From IMG/VR virus record IMGVR_UViG_2660238600_000004: DNA of 6,870 nt. One strand, written 5' to 3'. The notes below the pieces were generated by a model. It was not told the DNA's origin. It searched no databases and saw only the letters and a list, made by a program, of their open reading frames with translations. Shown here one piece after another: positions 1 to 6,066 of this stretch. The stretch is from a virus. Lineage: Duplodnaviria; Heunggongvirae; Uroviricota; Caudoviricetes. The position numbers and the translations under genes were made by a program. Position 1 is the first letter of the stretch. The number at the start of each line of letters is the position of its first letter.

Positions 1-1284
1 TTACTTCTTCGCCTCTGCAACCACTTTACTACCCACGCCGCGGTTATTGTATTCCCACATGCGGTTGTAGTTAGTGTCATTCAGATTGCGCTGTATTTCG
101 TCGTTATCATCTACGCTGCCGGTATTACCCGCAAACGGACGATTAGAGATCACCGCATCGGCCCACGGTTTAGCCGTGTTAAAACCTTCGTTGATGGCGC
201 TATCACGGATCACCACCTGACCGTTGGTATTGGCATCAACATCCAGCGAGCGGCCCAGTTGCGCCACACCATCACCGAAAGCATTGAAACGGCTGTTTAC
301 GGCGAGGAAACCGTAGTAAATGTTGGACAGCGTAGCCGGTGCAAACACATACGCTTCTTGCTGAGTACGTGAGTTCACCACGCGGAATTCGGTGTTATCG
401 AACACCACTGCGCCGCGACCAGAAACGATATCCACATCCCCTTCAATGTAGCTGTTGGTCACCAGCGTACGCGGCTGACGATTCGTTTCCAGACGGTTCT
501 GCACACCGCTGTTGGTGACAAAGAAGGTGTTCTGACGACCGAGAATGTTAACGTTGTTAATCTGTACCTGGTCACCATCAGTACGCAGTGCCACCGCCGG
601 ATGGTTACCTGCATCTACGCTATCGCCCAGCGTGTTTTCGATGGTCAGATTTTGCAGTTGCAGGCCATTGTTTTGTGACCAGAAGACCGCAGAGCAGAGA
701 ACACCGATACTGTCGCTGCGTTTGCTCTGGCAGCTATCGTACATATACCACGCTGGTTTACCTGGCATATATTTGCCGCGCGGGTTGACGTCGTGACGCC
801 AGTCGGCAGGGCTCATGCCACCATCAAGGGAAAGCCCAATCTTCACATCAATCGGTTTTTCACCTGTACCGTACAGAGTAATTCCACCCGGAGCGGCAGG
901 GACATATACCGTTCCCTGATACTCACCAGGCATCACGGCAATATACTGGCGCTTGTTGGTACGCTTGATAATTGCCGCATCTACCGCCGCCTGAATCGTG
1001 GTATGCGTTACACCTTGAGTGCCCGCCGGGCCGACAACAAAGTCAGGTTGCGCAGGCAGGGTAATCGGGGAAGGATTCCACGCTGCAGCACCTGGTGTCA
1101 GGGATGCAAAATAGTGTTGAGCATCGAAATTCTGCGCTTCTTTTGCCGACAGAATCGGGCGAGAAGAGGTACCAGGCGCGGTTTGATCAGAAGGACGTTG
1201 ATCGGGCGGGGTTGAGCTACAGGCGGTCAGCGTCACGCCAAAAGCCAATGCCAGCGCCAGACGGGAAACTGAAAATGTGTTCAC
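1..1284 (-). CDS. ybhC: YbhC-like putative lipoprotein (pectinesterase-family / acyl-CoA thioesterase-like), host chromosomal gene flanking attL
   Basis: Complete 427-aa ORF with GTG start at 1284 and stop at 1-3. N-terminus MNTFSVSRLALALAFGVTLTAC has a signal peptide and lipobox-like LTAC. Position immediately beside the lambda att core matches the known ybhC-attB-ybhB arrangement in E. coli. Identity is recalled, not searched. Confidence 0.8.
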   Translation of the reverse strand: MNTFSVSRLALALAFGVTLTACSSTPPDQRPSDQTAPGTSSRPILSAKEAQNFDAQHYFASLTPGAAAWNPSPITLPAQPDFVVGPAGTQGVTHTTIQAAVDAAIIKRTNKRQYIAVMPGEYQGTVYVPAAPGGITLYGTGEKPIDVKIGLSLDGGMSPADWRHDVNPRGKYMPGKPAWYMYDSCQSKRSDSIGVLCSAVFWSQNNGLQLQNLTIENTLGDSVDAGNHPAVALRTDGDQVQINNVNILGRQNTFFVTNSGVQNRLETNRQPRTLVTNSYIEGDVDIVSGRGAVVFDNTEFRVVNSRTQQEAYVFAPATLSNIYYGFLAVNSRFNAFGDGVAQLGRSLDVDANTNGQVVIRDSAINEGFNTAKPWADAVISNRPFAGNTGSVDDNDEIQRNLNDTNYNRMWEYNNRGVGSKVVAEAKK

Positions 1285-1330
1285 AGGTTGCTCCGGGCTA
1301 TGAAATAGAAAAATGAATCCGTTGAAGCCT

Positions 1331-1345
1331 GCTTTTTTATACTAA
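1331..1345. other. attL core: 15-bp lambda att common core (overlap region) GCTTTTTTATACTAA
   Basis: Exact 15-mer GCTTTTTTATACTAA seen at 1331-1345. It is preceded by bacterial-side sequence (tgaagcctgc) and followed by phage P'-arm sequence (gttggcattataaaaaagcattgcttatcaatttgttgcaacgaacaggtcactatcagtcaaaataaaatcatt), i.e. a B-O-P' arrangement. Confidence 0.9.
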
Positions 1346-1365
1346 GTTGGCATTATAAAAAAGCA

Positions 1366-1421
1366 TTGCTTATCAATTTGTTGCAACGAACAGGTCACTA
1401 TCAGTCAAAATAAAATCATTA
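1366..1421. promoter_or_regulatory. attL P' arm protein-binding sites: IHF H'-like site (tatcaatttgttg, about 1371-1383) and three tandem Int arm-type sites (aggtcactat / cagtcaaaat / aaaatcatta, about 1392-1421)
   Basis: Sequence matches the IHF consensus WATCAANNNNTTR and the Int arm-type consensus C/AAGTCACTAT known for the lambda P' arm. Sites lie between the core and the int stop codon (1419-1421). Confidence 0.7.
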
Positions 1422-2489
1422 TTTGATTTCAATTTTGTCCCACTCCCTGCCTCTGTCATCACGATACTGTGATGCCATGGTGTCCGACTTATGCCCGAGA
1501 AGATGTTGAGCAAACTTATCGCTTATCTGCTTCTCATAGAGTCTTGCAGACAAACTGCGCAACTCGTGAAAGGTAGGCGGATCCCCTTCGAAGGAAAGAC
1601 CTGATGCTTTTCGTGCGCGCATAAAATACCTTGATACTGTGCCGGATGAAAGCGGTTCGCGACGAGTAGATGCAATTATGGTTTCTCCGCCAAGAATCTC
1701 TTTGCATTTATCAAGTGTTTCCTTCATTGATATTCCGAGAGCATCAACATGCAATGCTGTTGGGATGGCAATTTTTACGCCTGTTTTGCTTTGCTCGACA
1801 TAAAGATATCCATCTACGATATCAGACCACTTCATTTCGCATAAATCACCAACTCGCTGCCCGGTAACAACAGCCAGTTCCATTGCAAGTCTAAGCCAAC
1901 ATGGTGATGATTCTGCTGCTTGATAAATTTTCAGGTATTCGTCAGCCGTAAGTCTTGATCTCCTTACCTCTGATTTTGCAGCGCGAGTGGCTGCGACCGG
2001 GTTTGTTGTTATATGGCCTTCAGCTATAGCCTCTCGGAATGCATCGCTCAGTGTTGATCTGATTAACTTGGCTGATGCCGCCTTTCCCTCGTCTATGTAT
2101 CCATTGAGCATTGCCGCAATTTCTTTTGTGGTGATGTCTTCAAGTGGAGCATCTGGCAGACCCCTCCTTATTGCTTTAATTTTGCTCATGTAATTTATGA
2201 GTGTCTTCTGCTTGATTCCTCTGCTGGCCAGGATTTTTTCGTAGCGATCAAGCCATGAATGTAACGTAACGGAATTATCACTGTTGATTCTCGCTGTCAG
2301 AGGCTTGTGTTTGTGTCCTGAAAATAACTCAATGTTGGCCTGTATAGCTTCAGTGATTGCGATTCGCCTGTCTCGGCCTAATCCAAACTCTTTACCCGTC
2401 CTTGGGTCCCTGTAGCAGTAATATCCATTGTTTCTTATATAAAGGTTAGGGGGTAAATCCCGGCGCTCATGACTTCGCCTTCTTCCCAT
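1419..2489 (-). CDS. int: Lambda-type integrase (tyrosine site-specific recombinase), 356 aa, apparently intact
   Basis: Complete ORF MGRRRSHERRDLPPNLYIRNNGYYCYRDPRTGKEF...REWDKIEIK, which I recognise as lambda Int. It sits directly beside attL and its start overlaps the xis 3' end, as in lambda. Confidence 0.95.
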   Translation of the reverse strand: MGRRRSHERRDLPPNLYIRNNGYYCYRDPRTGKEFGLGRDRRIAITEAIQANIELFSGHKHKPLTARINSDNSVTLHSWLDRYEKILASRGIKQKTLINYMSKIKAIRRGLPDAPLEDITTKEIAAMLNGYIDEGKAASAKLIRSTLSDAFREAIAEGHITTNPVAATRAAKSEVRRSRLTADEYLKIYQAAESSPCWLRLAMELAVVTGQRVGDLCEMKWSDIVDGYLYVEQSKTGVKIAIPTALHVDALGISMKETLDKCKEILGGETIIASTRREPLSSGTVSRYFMRARKASGLSFEGDPPTFHELRSLSARLYEKQISDKFAQHLLGHKSDTMASQYRDDRGREWDKIEIK

Positions 2490-2685
2490 TTCTGATCCTC
2501 TTCAAAAGGCTACCTGTTACTGGTCGATTTAAGTCAACCTTTACCGCTGATTCGTGGAACAGATACTCTCTTCCATCCTTAACCGGAGGAGGGAATATCC
2601 TGCACTCGCGTACCCATCGACGAACTGTTTCAAGGCTTCTTGGGCGTCGCTGGCGTGCGTTCCACTCCTGAAGTGTCAAGTACAT
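2467..2685 (-). CDS. xis: Lambda-type excisionase Xis, 72 aa
   Basis: ORF MYLTLQEWNARQRRPRSLETVRRWVRECRIFPPPVKDGREYLFHESAVKVDLNRPVTGSLLKRIRNGKKAKS matches lambda Xis. It overlaps the int start by 23 nt. Confidence 0.95.
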   Translation of the reverse strand: MYLTLQEWNARQRRPRSLETVRRWVRECRIFPPPVKDGREYLFHESAVKVDLNRPVTGSLLKRIRNGKKAKS

Positions 2686-2711
2686 CGCAAAGTCTCCGCA
2701 ATTACACGCAA
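2663..2711 (-). promoter_or_regulatory. pI-like int promoter region with a CII-type TTGC-N6-TTGC activator site (minus-strand TTGCGTGTAATTGC at 2698-2711)
   Basis: The minus strand reads TTGCGTGTAATTGCGGAGACTTTGCGATGTACTTGACAC. The TTGC-N6-TTGC motif lies just upstream of the xis ATG, so a transcript from here would begin inside xis and express int alone, as described for lambda pI. The exact -10 and start site are not determined. Confidence 0.55.
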
Positions 2712-2724
2712 GAAAAAACCGCCA

Positions 2725-2892
2725 TCAGGCGGCTTGGTGTTCTTTCAGTTCTTCAATTCGAATATTGGTTACGTCTGCATGTGCTATCTGCGCCCACAGC
2801 ATCCAGTGGTCATAGCAGTCGCTGATGTTCTCGGCTTCGATAACTCTGTTGAATGGTTCTCCATTCCATTCACCTGTGACTCGGAAGTGCAT
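2725..2892 (-). CDS. Small hypothetical protein, 55 aa (lambda orf55-like, position-conserved ORF downstream of xis)
   Basis: ORF MHFRVTGEWNGEPFNRVIEAENISDCYDHWMLWAQIAHADVTNIRIEELKEHQAA, not in the supplied track because it is under 60 aa. A GGAG motif lies 7-10 nt upstream of the ATG. Its size and spacing from xis match the orf55 I recall in lambda. Confidence 0.55.
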   Translation of the reverse strand: MHFRVTGEWNGEPFNRVIEAENISDCYDHWMLWAQIAHADVTNIRIEELKEHQAA

Positions 2893-2930
2893 TTATCATC
2901 TCCATAAAACAAAACCCGCCGTAGCGAGTT

Positions 2931-2962
2931 CAGATAAAAGAAATCCTCGTCAGTGCGAGGAT
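2931..2962 (-). terminator. Candidate intrinsic terminator for leftward transcription (7-bp stem atcctcg/cgaggat, 6-nt loop, then a U-rich tract on the minus strand)
   Basis: Inverted repeat at 2943-2949 / 2956-2962. On the minus strand it is followed by TTTCTTTTATCTG (plus 2931-2942). No folding energy was computed. Confidence 0.35.
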
Positions 2963-3134
2963 GCTGTTCATTGCTGCTATACACTTTTTTGCTCTCAACG
3001 TAAGCGGTAGCCCATTCTGTTGGGTTGGTGCAGTTGCTTTTAGGAAATGCTATTTACCCCTTAAATGTCGGCTGAAAGAGCTAAAATCCATGCAAAAAAT
3101 TTACGCAATTTTGTGTATTATTGTGCAGTAAGTA

Positions 3135-3737
3135 ATGAGCTATTTTCTGCGCAAAAAATGGATGGTAAATTTGTCCGGGTCAGGAAAAATTTTATGGGCG
3201 CTAAACATGAAAAAAGATTCGTATCCTTATTTGATTTGCATGACAGTTTCAGGGCTGATCTTTATTTTCCTTTTCTTCTGGTGGCGGGCAGATATCTACA
3301 GGGTCACGTTTCTTAATCAGAGTATATCCCACTATTACATTCTGTTTAGCATGGGAATAGCTTTTCTGTTATCTCTGTTTTGGGTTAAGAAGGGGATAGT
3401 AAAACAAAGCGGCTGGAAGAGTCTGTCAGCATACATTAAGGTTTATGCAGGGATGTGCATATTTGCTGGATTTTTTCTGATTATACCCCTTACGACACTA
3501 ACTTATTTTTTGCCTGGAGAGACATCGTCTTATGTTGCACCGTATCGGTATACTTCCGGTAGTTCAAAAAGTTGTTCTGGAGCTGAGGTGGATGACCCCG
3601 ATCTACATGAGAATATTCGCATTTGCTATCCGTATGGCAATTATGAGTACGATAATATTATCTATGTTGAAAAGAAAATTAATATATTAGGTGCGGTAGT
3701 GACATATGCACAGACCGCGCGTGATGATACTGAATGA
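3135..3737 (+). CDS. Hypothetical membrane protein, 200 aa: three predicted N-terminal TM helices plus an ~75-aa C-terminal soluble domain; AT-rich moron on the strand opposite the early-left operon
   Basis: Complete ORF. Hydrophobic stretches PYLICMTVSGLIFIFLFFWW, SHYYILFSMGIAFLLSLFWV and YIKVYAGMCIFAGFFLIIPLTTLTYFL. Base composition is visibly more AT-rich than the flanking lambda-like DNA. A hairpin terminator follows. Start codon is uncertain (in-frame ATGs at 3135, 3162 and 3207, none with a strong SD). I recognise no family. Confidence 0.6.
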   Translation: MSYFLRKKWMVNLSGSGKILWALNMKKDSYPYLICMTVSGLIFIFLFFWWRADIYRVTFLNQSISHYYILFSMGIAFLLSLFWVKKGIVKQSGWKSLSAYIKVYAGMCIFAGFFLIIPLTTLTYFLPGETSSYVAPYRYTSGSSKSCSGAEVDDPDLHENIRICYPYGNYEYDNIIYVEKKINILGAVVTYAQTARDDTE

Positions 3738-3771
3738 TATAGTATATAGCGGGCAAGTTTTAGTTAATTTA

Positions 3772-3806
3772 TCGAGGTAATATAATTTACCTCGACTCGT
3801 TTGTTC
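3772..3806 (+). terminator. Candidate intrinsic terminator downstream of the membrane-protein gene (9-bp stem tcgaggtaa/ttacctcga, loop tataat, T-rich tail)
   Basis: Perfect inverted repeat at 3772-3780 / 3787-3795, followed by ctcgtttgttctgg. It lies 35 nt after the stop codon at 3735-3737. Confidence 0.45.
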
Positions 3807-3947
3807 TGGTATTAATATTTCGCTTTACGACCGATTTTTATCTGATGATATCATGCGGTTTTCATATACTGACTTACTGTCTTTTCTCCGTTAGCGATTT
3901 TCTCCTGCTCAGCGATGATTTTATCTTTGGCTTCTAGTTAATTTCGC

Positions 3948-4169
3948 TCACTTCGAACCTCTCTGTTTACTGATAAGCTCCAGATCTTGCTGGCAACTGG
4001 CACAAGTCCGACAACCCTGAACGGCCAGTCGTCTTCGTTCATCTATCGGATCGCCACACTCACAACAATGAGTGGCAGATATAGCCTGGTGGTTCAGGCG
4101 GCGCATTTTTATTGCTGTGTTGCGCTGTAATTCTTCAATTTCTGATGCTGAATCAATTATGTCTGCCAT
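3948..4169 (-). CDS. TraR/DksA-family C4 zinc-finger protein, 73 aa (lambdoid TraR-like, Orf73-type)
   Basis: ORF MADIIDSASEIEELQRNTAIKMRRLNHQAISATHCCECGDPIDERRRLAVQGCRTCASCQQDLELISKQRGSK. The CxxC-N17-CxxC spacing and length are typical of F-plasmid TraR and phage TraR-like RNA-polymerase-binding proteins. Confidence 0.8.
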   Translation of the reverse strand: MADIIDSASEIEELQRNTAIKMRRLNHQAISATHCCECGDPIDERRRLAVQGCRTCASCQQDLELISKQRGSK

Positions 4170-4220
4170 CTTTCATTAATCCCTGAATTGTTGGTTAATA
4201 CGCTTGAGGGTGAATGCGAA

Positions 4221-4246
4221 TAATAAAAAAGGAGCCTGTAGCTCCC
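4221..4246 (-). terminator. Candidate short intrinsic terminator on the minus strand (GGAGC-5 nt-GCTCC followed by TTTTTTTATT on the minus strand)
   Basis: Inverted repeat at 4231-4235 / 4241-4245 with a run of seven A at 4224-4230 on the plus strand. The stem is only 5 bp, so this is weak. Confidence 0.3.
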
Positions 4247-4267
4247 TGATGATTTTGCTTTTCATGT

Positions 4268-4483
4268 TCACCGTTCCTTAAAGACGCCGTTCAACATGCC
4301 GATCGCCAGGCTTAAATGAGTCGGTGTGAATCCCATCAGCGTTACCGTTTCGCGGTGCTTCTTTAGTACGCTACGGCAAATGTCATCGACGTTTTTATCC
4401 GGAAACTGCTGTCTGGCTTTTTTGATTTCAGAATTAGCCTGACGGGCAATGCTGCGAAGGGCGTTTTCTTGCTGAGGTGTCAT
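4268..4483 (-). CDS. Hypothetical small protein, 71 aa (alternative upstream start at 4549 gives 93 aa)
   Basis: ORF MTPQQENALRSIARQANSEIKKARQQFPDKNVDDICRSVLKKHRETVTLMGFTPTHLSLAIGMLNGVFKER. The ATG at 4481-4483 overlaps the stop of the upstream micro-ORF (ATGA), suggesting translational coupling. No family recognised. Confidence 0.45.
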   Translation of the reverse strand: MTPQQENALRSIARQANSEIKKARQQFPDKNVDDICRSVLKKHRETVTLMGFTPTHLSLAIGMLNGVFKER

Positions 4484-4563
4484 TGAACAAGCCCCATGTC
4501 GGCAAGCATAAGCACACAGAATATGAAGCCCGCTGCCAGAAAAATGCATTCAGTGGTTGTCAT
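4480..4563 (-). CDS. Candidate hydrophobic micro-ORF, 27 aa (MTTTECIFLAAGFIFCVLMLADMGLVQ), translationally coupled on both sides
   Basis: Its ATG at 4561-4563 overlaps the orf63-like stop (ATGA) and its TGA overlaps the next ATG (ATGA). The peptide has one predicted TM-like segment. It is below the ORF-track size cutoff. It could instead be a coupling artefact, and its frame overlaps the N-terminal extension of the 93-aa version of the next ORF. Confidence 0.3.
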   Translation of the reverse strand: MTTTECIFLAAGFIFCVLMLADMGLVQ

Positions 4564-4751
4564 ACCTGGTCTCTCTCATCTGCTTCTGCTTTCGCCACCA
4601 TCATTTCCAGCTTTTGTGAAAGGGATGCGGCTAACGTATGAAATTCTTCGTCTGTTTCTACTGGTATTGGCACAAACCTGACTCCAATTTGAGCGAGGCT
4701 ATGTGCCATCTCGATACTCGTTCTTAACTCAACGGGAGATGCTTTGTGCAT
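4560..4751 (-). CDS. Small hypothetical protein, 63 aa (lambda orf63-like by size and position)
   Basis: [66 protein letters not shown]. Its length (192 nt with stop) and 28-nt overlap with the upstream ORF match the orf63/orf60a arrangement I recall for lambda. Confidence 0.55.
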   Translation of the reverse strand: MHKASPVELRTSIEMAHSLAQIGVRFVPIPVETDEEFHTLAASLSQKLEMMVAKAEADERDQV

Positions 4752-4906
4752 ACAGCTCCCCGTTTATTATTTATCTCCTCAGCCAGCCGCTGTGCTTTCA
4801 GGGGATTTCTGATAACAGAAAGGCCGGGAAATACCCAGCCTCGCTTTGTAATGGAGTAGACGAAAGTGATCGCGCCTACCCGGATATTATCGTGAGGATG
4901 CGTCAT
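4724..4906 (-). CDS. Small hypothetical protein, 60 aa (lambda orf60a-like); start chosen at the ATG overlapping the exo stop
   Basis: [63 protein letters not shown]. The track begins it two codons earlier (4912). The ATG at 4904-4906 forms an ATGA overlap with the exo stop, matching the 4-nt exo/orf60a overlap in lambda. Confidence 0.5.
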   Translation of the reverse strand: MTHPHDNIRVGAITFVYSITKRGWVFPGLSVIRNPLKAQRLAEEINNKRGAVCTKHLPLS

Positions 4907-5583
4907 CGCCATTGCTCCCCAAATACAAAACCAATTTCAGCCAGTGCCTCGTCCATTTTTTCGATGAACTCCGGCACCATCTCGTCAAAACTCGCCATGT
5001 AATTTTCATCCCGCTCAACCACGACATAATGCAGGCCTTCACGCTTCATTCGTGGGTCATAGTTGGCAAAGTACCAGGCATCTTTTCGCGTCACCCACAT
5101 GCTGTACTGCACCTGGGCCATGTAAGCCGACTTTATGGCCTCGAAACCACCGAGCCGGAATTTCATGAAATCCCGGGAGGTAAACGGGCATTTCAGCTCA
5201 AGGCCATTGCCGTCACTGCATAAACCATCGGGAGAGCAGGCGGTGCGCATACTTTCGTCGCGATAGATGATCGGGGATTCAATAACATTTACGCCGGAAG
5301 TGAACTCAAACAGGGTTCTGGCGTCGTTCTCGTACTGTTTTCCCCAGGCCAGCGCTTTAGCGTTAACTTCCGGAGCCACACCGGTGCAAACCTCAGCCAG
5401 CAGGGTGTGGAAGTAGGACATTTTCATGTCAGGCCACTTCTTTCCTGATCGGGGCTTTGCTATCACGTTGTGAACTTCTGAAGCGGTGATGACGCCGAGC
5501 CGTAATTTGTGCCATGCATCATCCCCCTGTTCGACAGCTCTCACGTCGATCCCGGTACGCTGCAGGATAATGTCCGGTGTCAT
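4903..5583 (-). CDS. exo: Lambda exonuclease (Red-alpha, 5'-3' dsDNA exonuclease), 226 aa, intact
   Basis: [71 protein letters not shown]...[10 protein letters not shown], recognised as lambda Exo. Its start overlaps the bet stop in ATGA fashion. Confidence 0.95.
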   Translation of the reverse strand: MTPDIILQRTGIDVRAVEQGDDAWHKLRLGVITASEVHNVIAKPRSGKKWPDMKMSYFHTLLAEVCTGVAPEVNAKALAWGKQYENDARTLFEFTSGVNVIESPIIYRDESMRTACSPDGLCSDGNGLELKCPFTSRDFMKFRLGGFEAIKSAYMAQVQYSMWVTRKDAWYFANYDPRMKREGLHYVVVERDENYMASFDEMVPEFIEKMDEALAEIGFVFGEQWR

Positions 5584-5774
5584 GCTGCCACCTTCTGCTC
5601 AGTGGCTTTCTGTTTCAGGAATCCAAGAGCTTTCACTGCTTCGGCCTGTGTCAGTTCTGACGATGCGCGAATGTCGCGGCGAAATATCTGGGAACAGAGC
5701 GGCAATAAGTCGTCATCCCATGTTTTATCCAGGGCAATCAGCAGAGTGTTAATCTCCTGCATGGTTTCATCGTT
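5580..5774 (-). pseudogene. bet: 3' fragment of bet (Red-beta), C-terminal ~64 codons only; N-terminal ~200 codons absent
   Basis: The minus frame reads ...[64 protein letters not shown], matching the lambda Bet C-terminus as I recall it. Immediately upstream the frame reads SYPAQPS after a stop at 5796-5798, instead of the Bet sequence (..ERDITPV..). Homology therefore ends near 5775. Confidence 0.8.
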
Positions 5775-5797
5775 ACTTGGTTGAGCAGGATAGCTTC

Positions 5798-5980
5798 ATG
5801 GCTAGGTTGGCTGAAATGGAAAAGGAACTCAGTGAGGCAAAACAGGCTGTCATTCTCAACGCACCACGCCACCAGAAACTGAAGGAAATTAGTGAAGGTA
5901 TTGTGTCGATGTTTCGTGTGGACCCAGATCTGGCTGGTCCATTGATGGCGATGGTTACTACCATGCTGGGGGCGATATGA
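5798..5980 (+). CDS. Hypothetical small protein, 60 aa (MARLAEMEKELSEAKQAVILNAPRHQKLKEISEGIVSMFRVDPDLAGPLMAMVTTMLGAI); possibly a remnant of a gene upstream of O
   Basis: ORF with AGGA 7 nt upstream of the ATG at 5798. The track starts it at a TTG at 5777. It lies exactly at the bet truncation joint. No HTH or known family recognised. Confidence 0.3.
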   Translation: MARLAEMEKELSEAKQAVILNAPRHQKLKEISEGIVSMFRVDPDLAGPLMAMVTTMLGAI

Positions 5981-6066
5981 CAGGTTCAGAAATGGCGAAA
6001 GCCGGTCTGCTGGAACAGAACCGACTTTCAGGTGCAAATCGTAACACACTCATTGCGGGAGGAATT

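Noticed and set aside
545-1316. Plus-strand ORFs of 66-140 aa (545..796, 588..788, 793..1215, 1095..1316) antisense to ybhC
   Set aside because: They lie entirely within or overlap the well-supported 427-aa ybhC frame on the opposite strand, have arginine-rich low-complexity translations and no convincing ribosome-binding sites. They are most likely shadow ORFs.
1670-2193. Plus-strand ORFs 1670..1867 and 1987..2193 antisense to int
   Set aside because: They are fully embedded in the intact integrase gene on the other strand and look like shadow ORFs.
2554-3010. Plus-strand ORFs 2554..2907, 2640..2825 and 2825..3010, and minus-strand ORF 2784..2984
   Set aside because: They overlap xis and the SD-supported 55-aa orf55-like ORF in other frames or on the opposite strand. 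The minus-strand 66-aa ORF runs through the candidate terminator hairpin and has no credible start context.
3040-3134. A specific sigma-70 promoter for the membrane-protein gene
   Set aside because: The AT-rich upstream region has hexamers resembling TTGACA (ttacgc at 3101-3106) and TATAAT (tattat at 3116-3121), but their spacing is incompatible and no single pairing gives a convincing promoter. I did not annotate one.
3065-3316. Plus-strand 83-aa ORF overlapping the start of the membrane-protein gene
   Set aside because: It is in a different frame from the 200-aa ORF, which has the coherent TM-helix signal. It begins inside the putative promoter region and is probably spurious.
4268-4579. 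A 93-aa version of the minus-strand ORF starting at 4549, and a possible lambda orf61 equivalent starting at the ATG at 4577-4579
   Set aside because: The frame from 4579 hits a stop at 4550-4552 after 9 codons. The 93-aa version lacks the ATGA coupling seen for the 71-aa version and overlaps the micro-ORF. I cannot recall lambda orf61 precisely enough to say whether this is a disrupted orf61, so I report the 71-aa ORF with low confidence instead.
4496-5223. Plus-strand ORFs 4496..4681, 4703..5002 and 4912..5223 antisense to orf63-like, orf60a-like and exo
   Set aside because: They are embedded opposite well-supported genes and are most likely shadow ORFs.
5486-6049. Plus-strand ORFs 5486..5752 and 5509..5784, and minus-strand ORFs 5738..6049 and 5773..5964
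   Set aside because: The plus-strand ones are antisense to the exo start and the bet fragment. The minus-strand ones overlap the plus-strand 60-aa ORF at the junction, have no SD and show no homology continuing from bet. They are probably non-coding.
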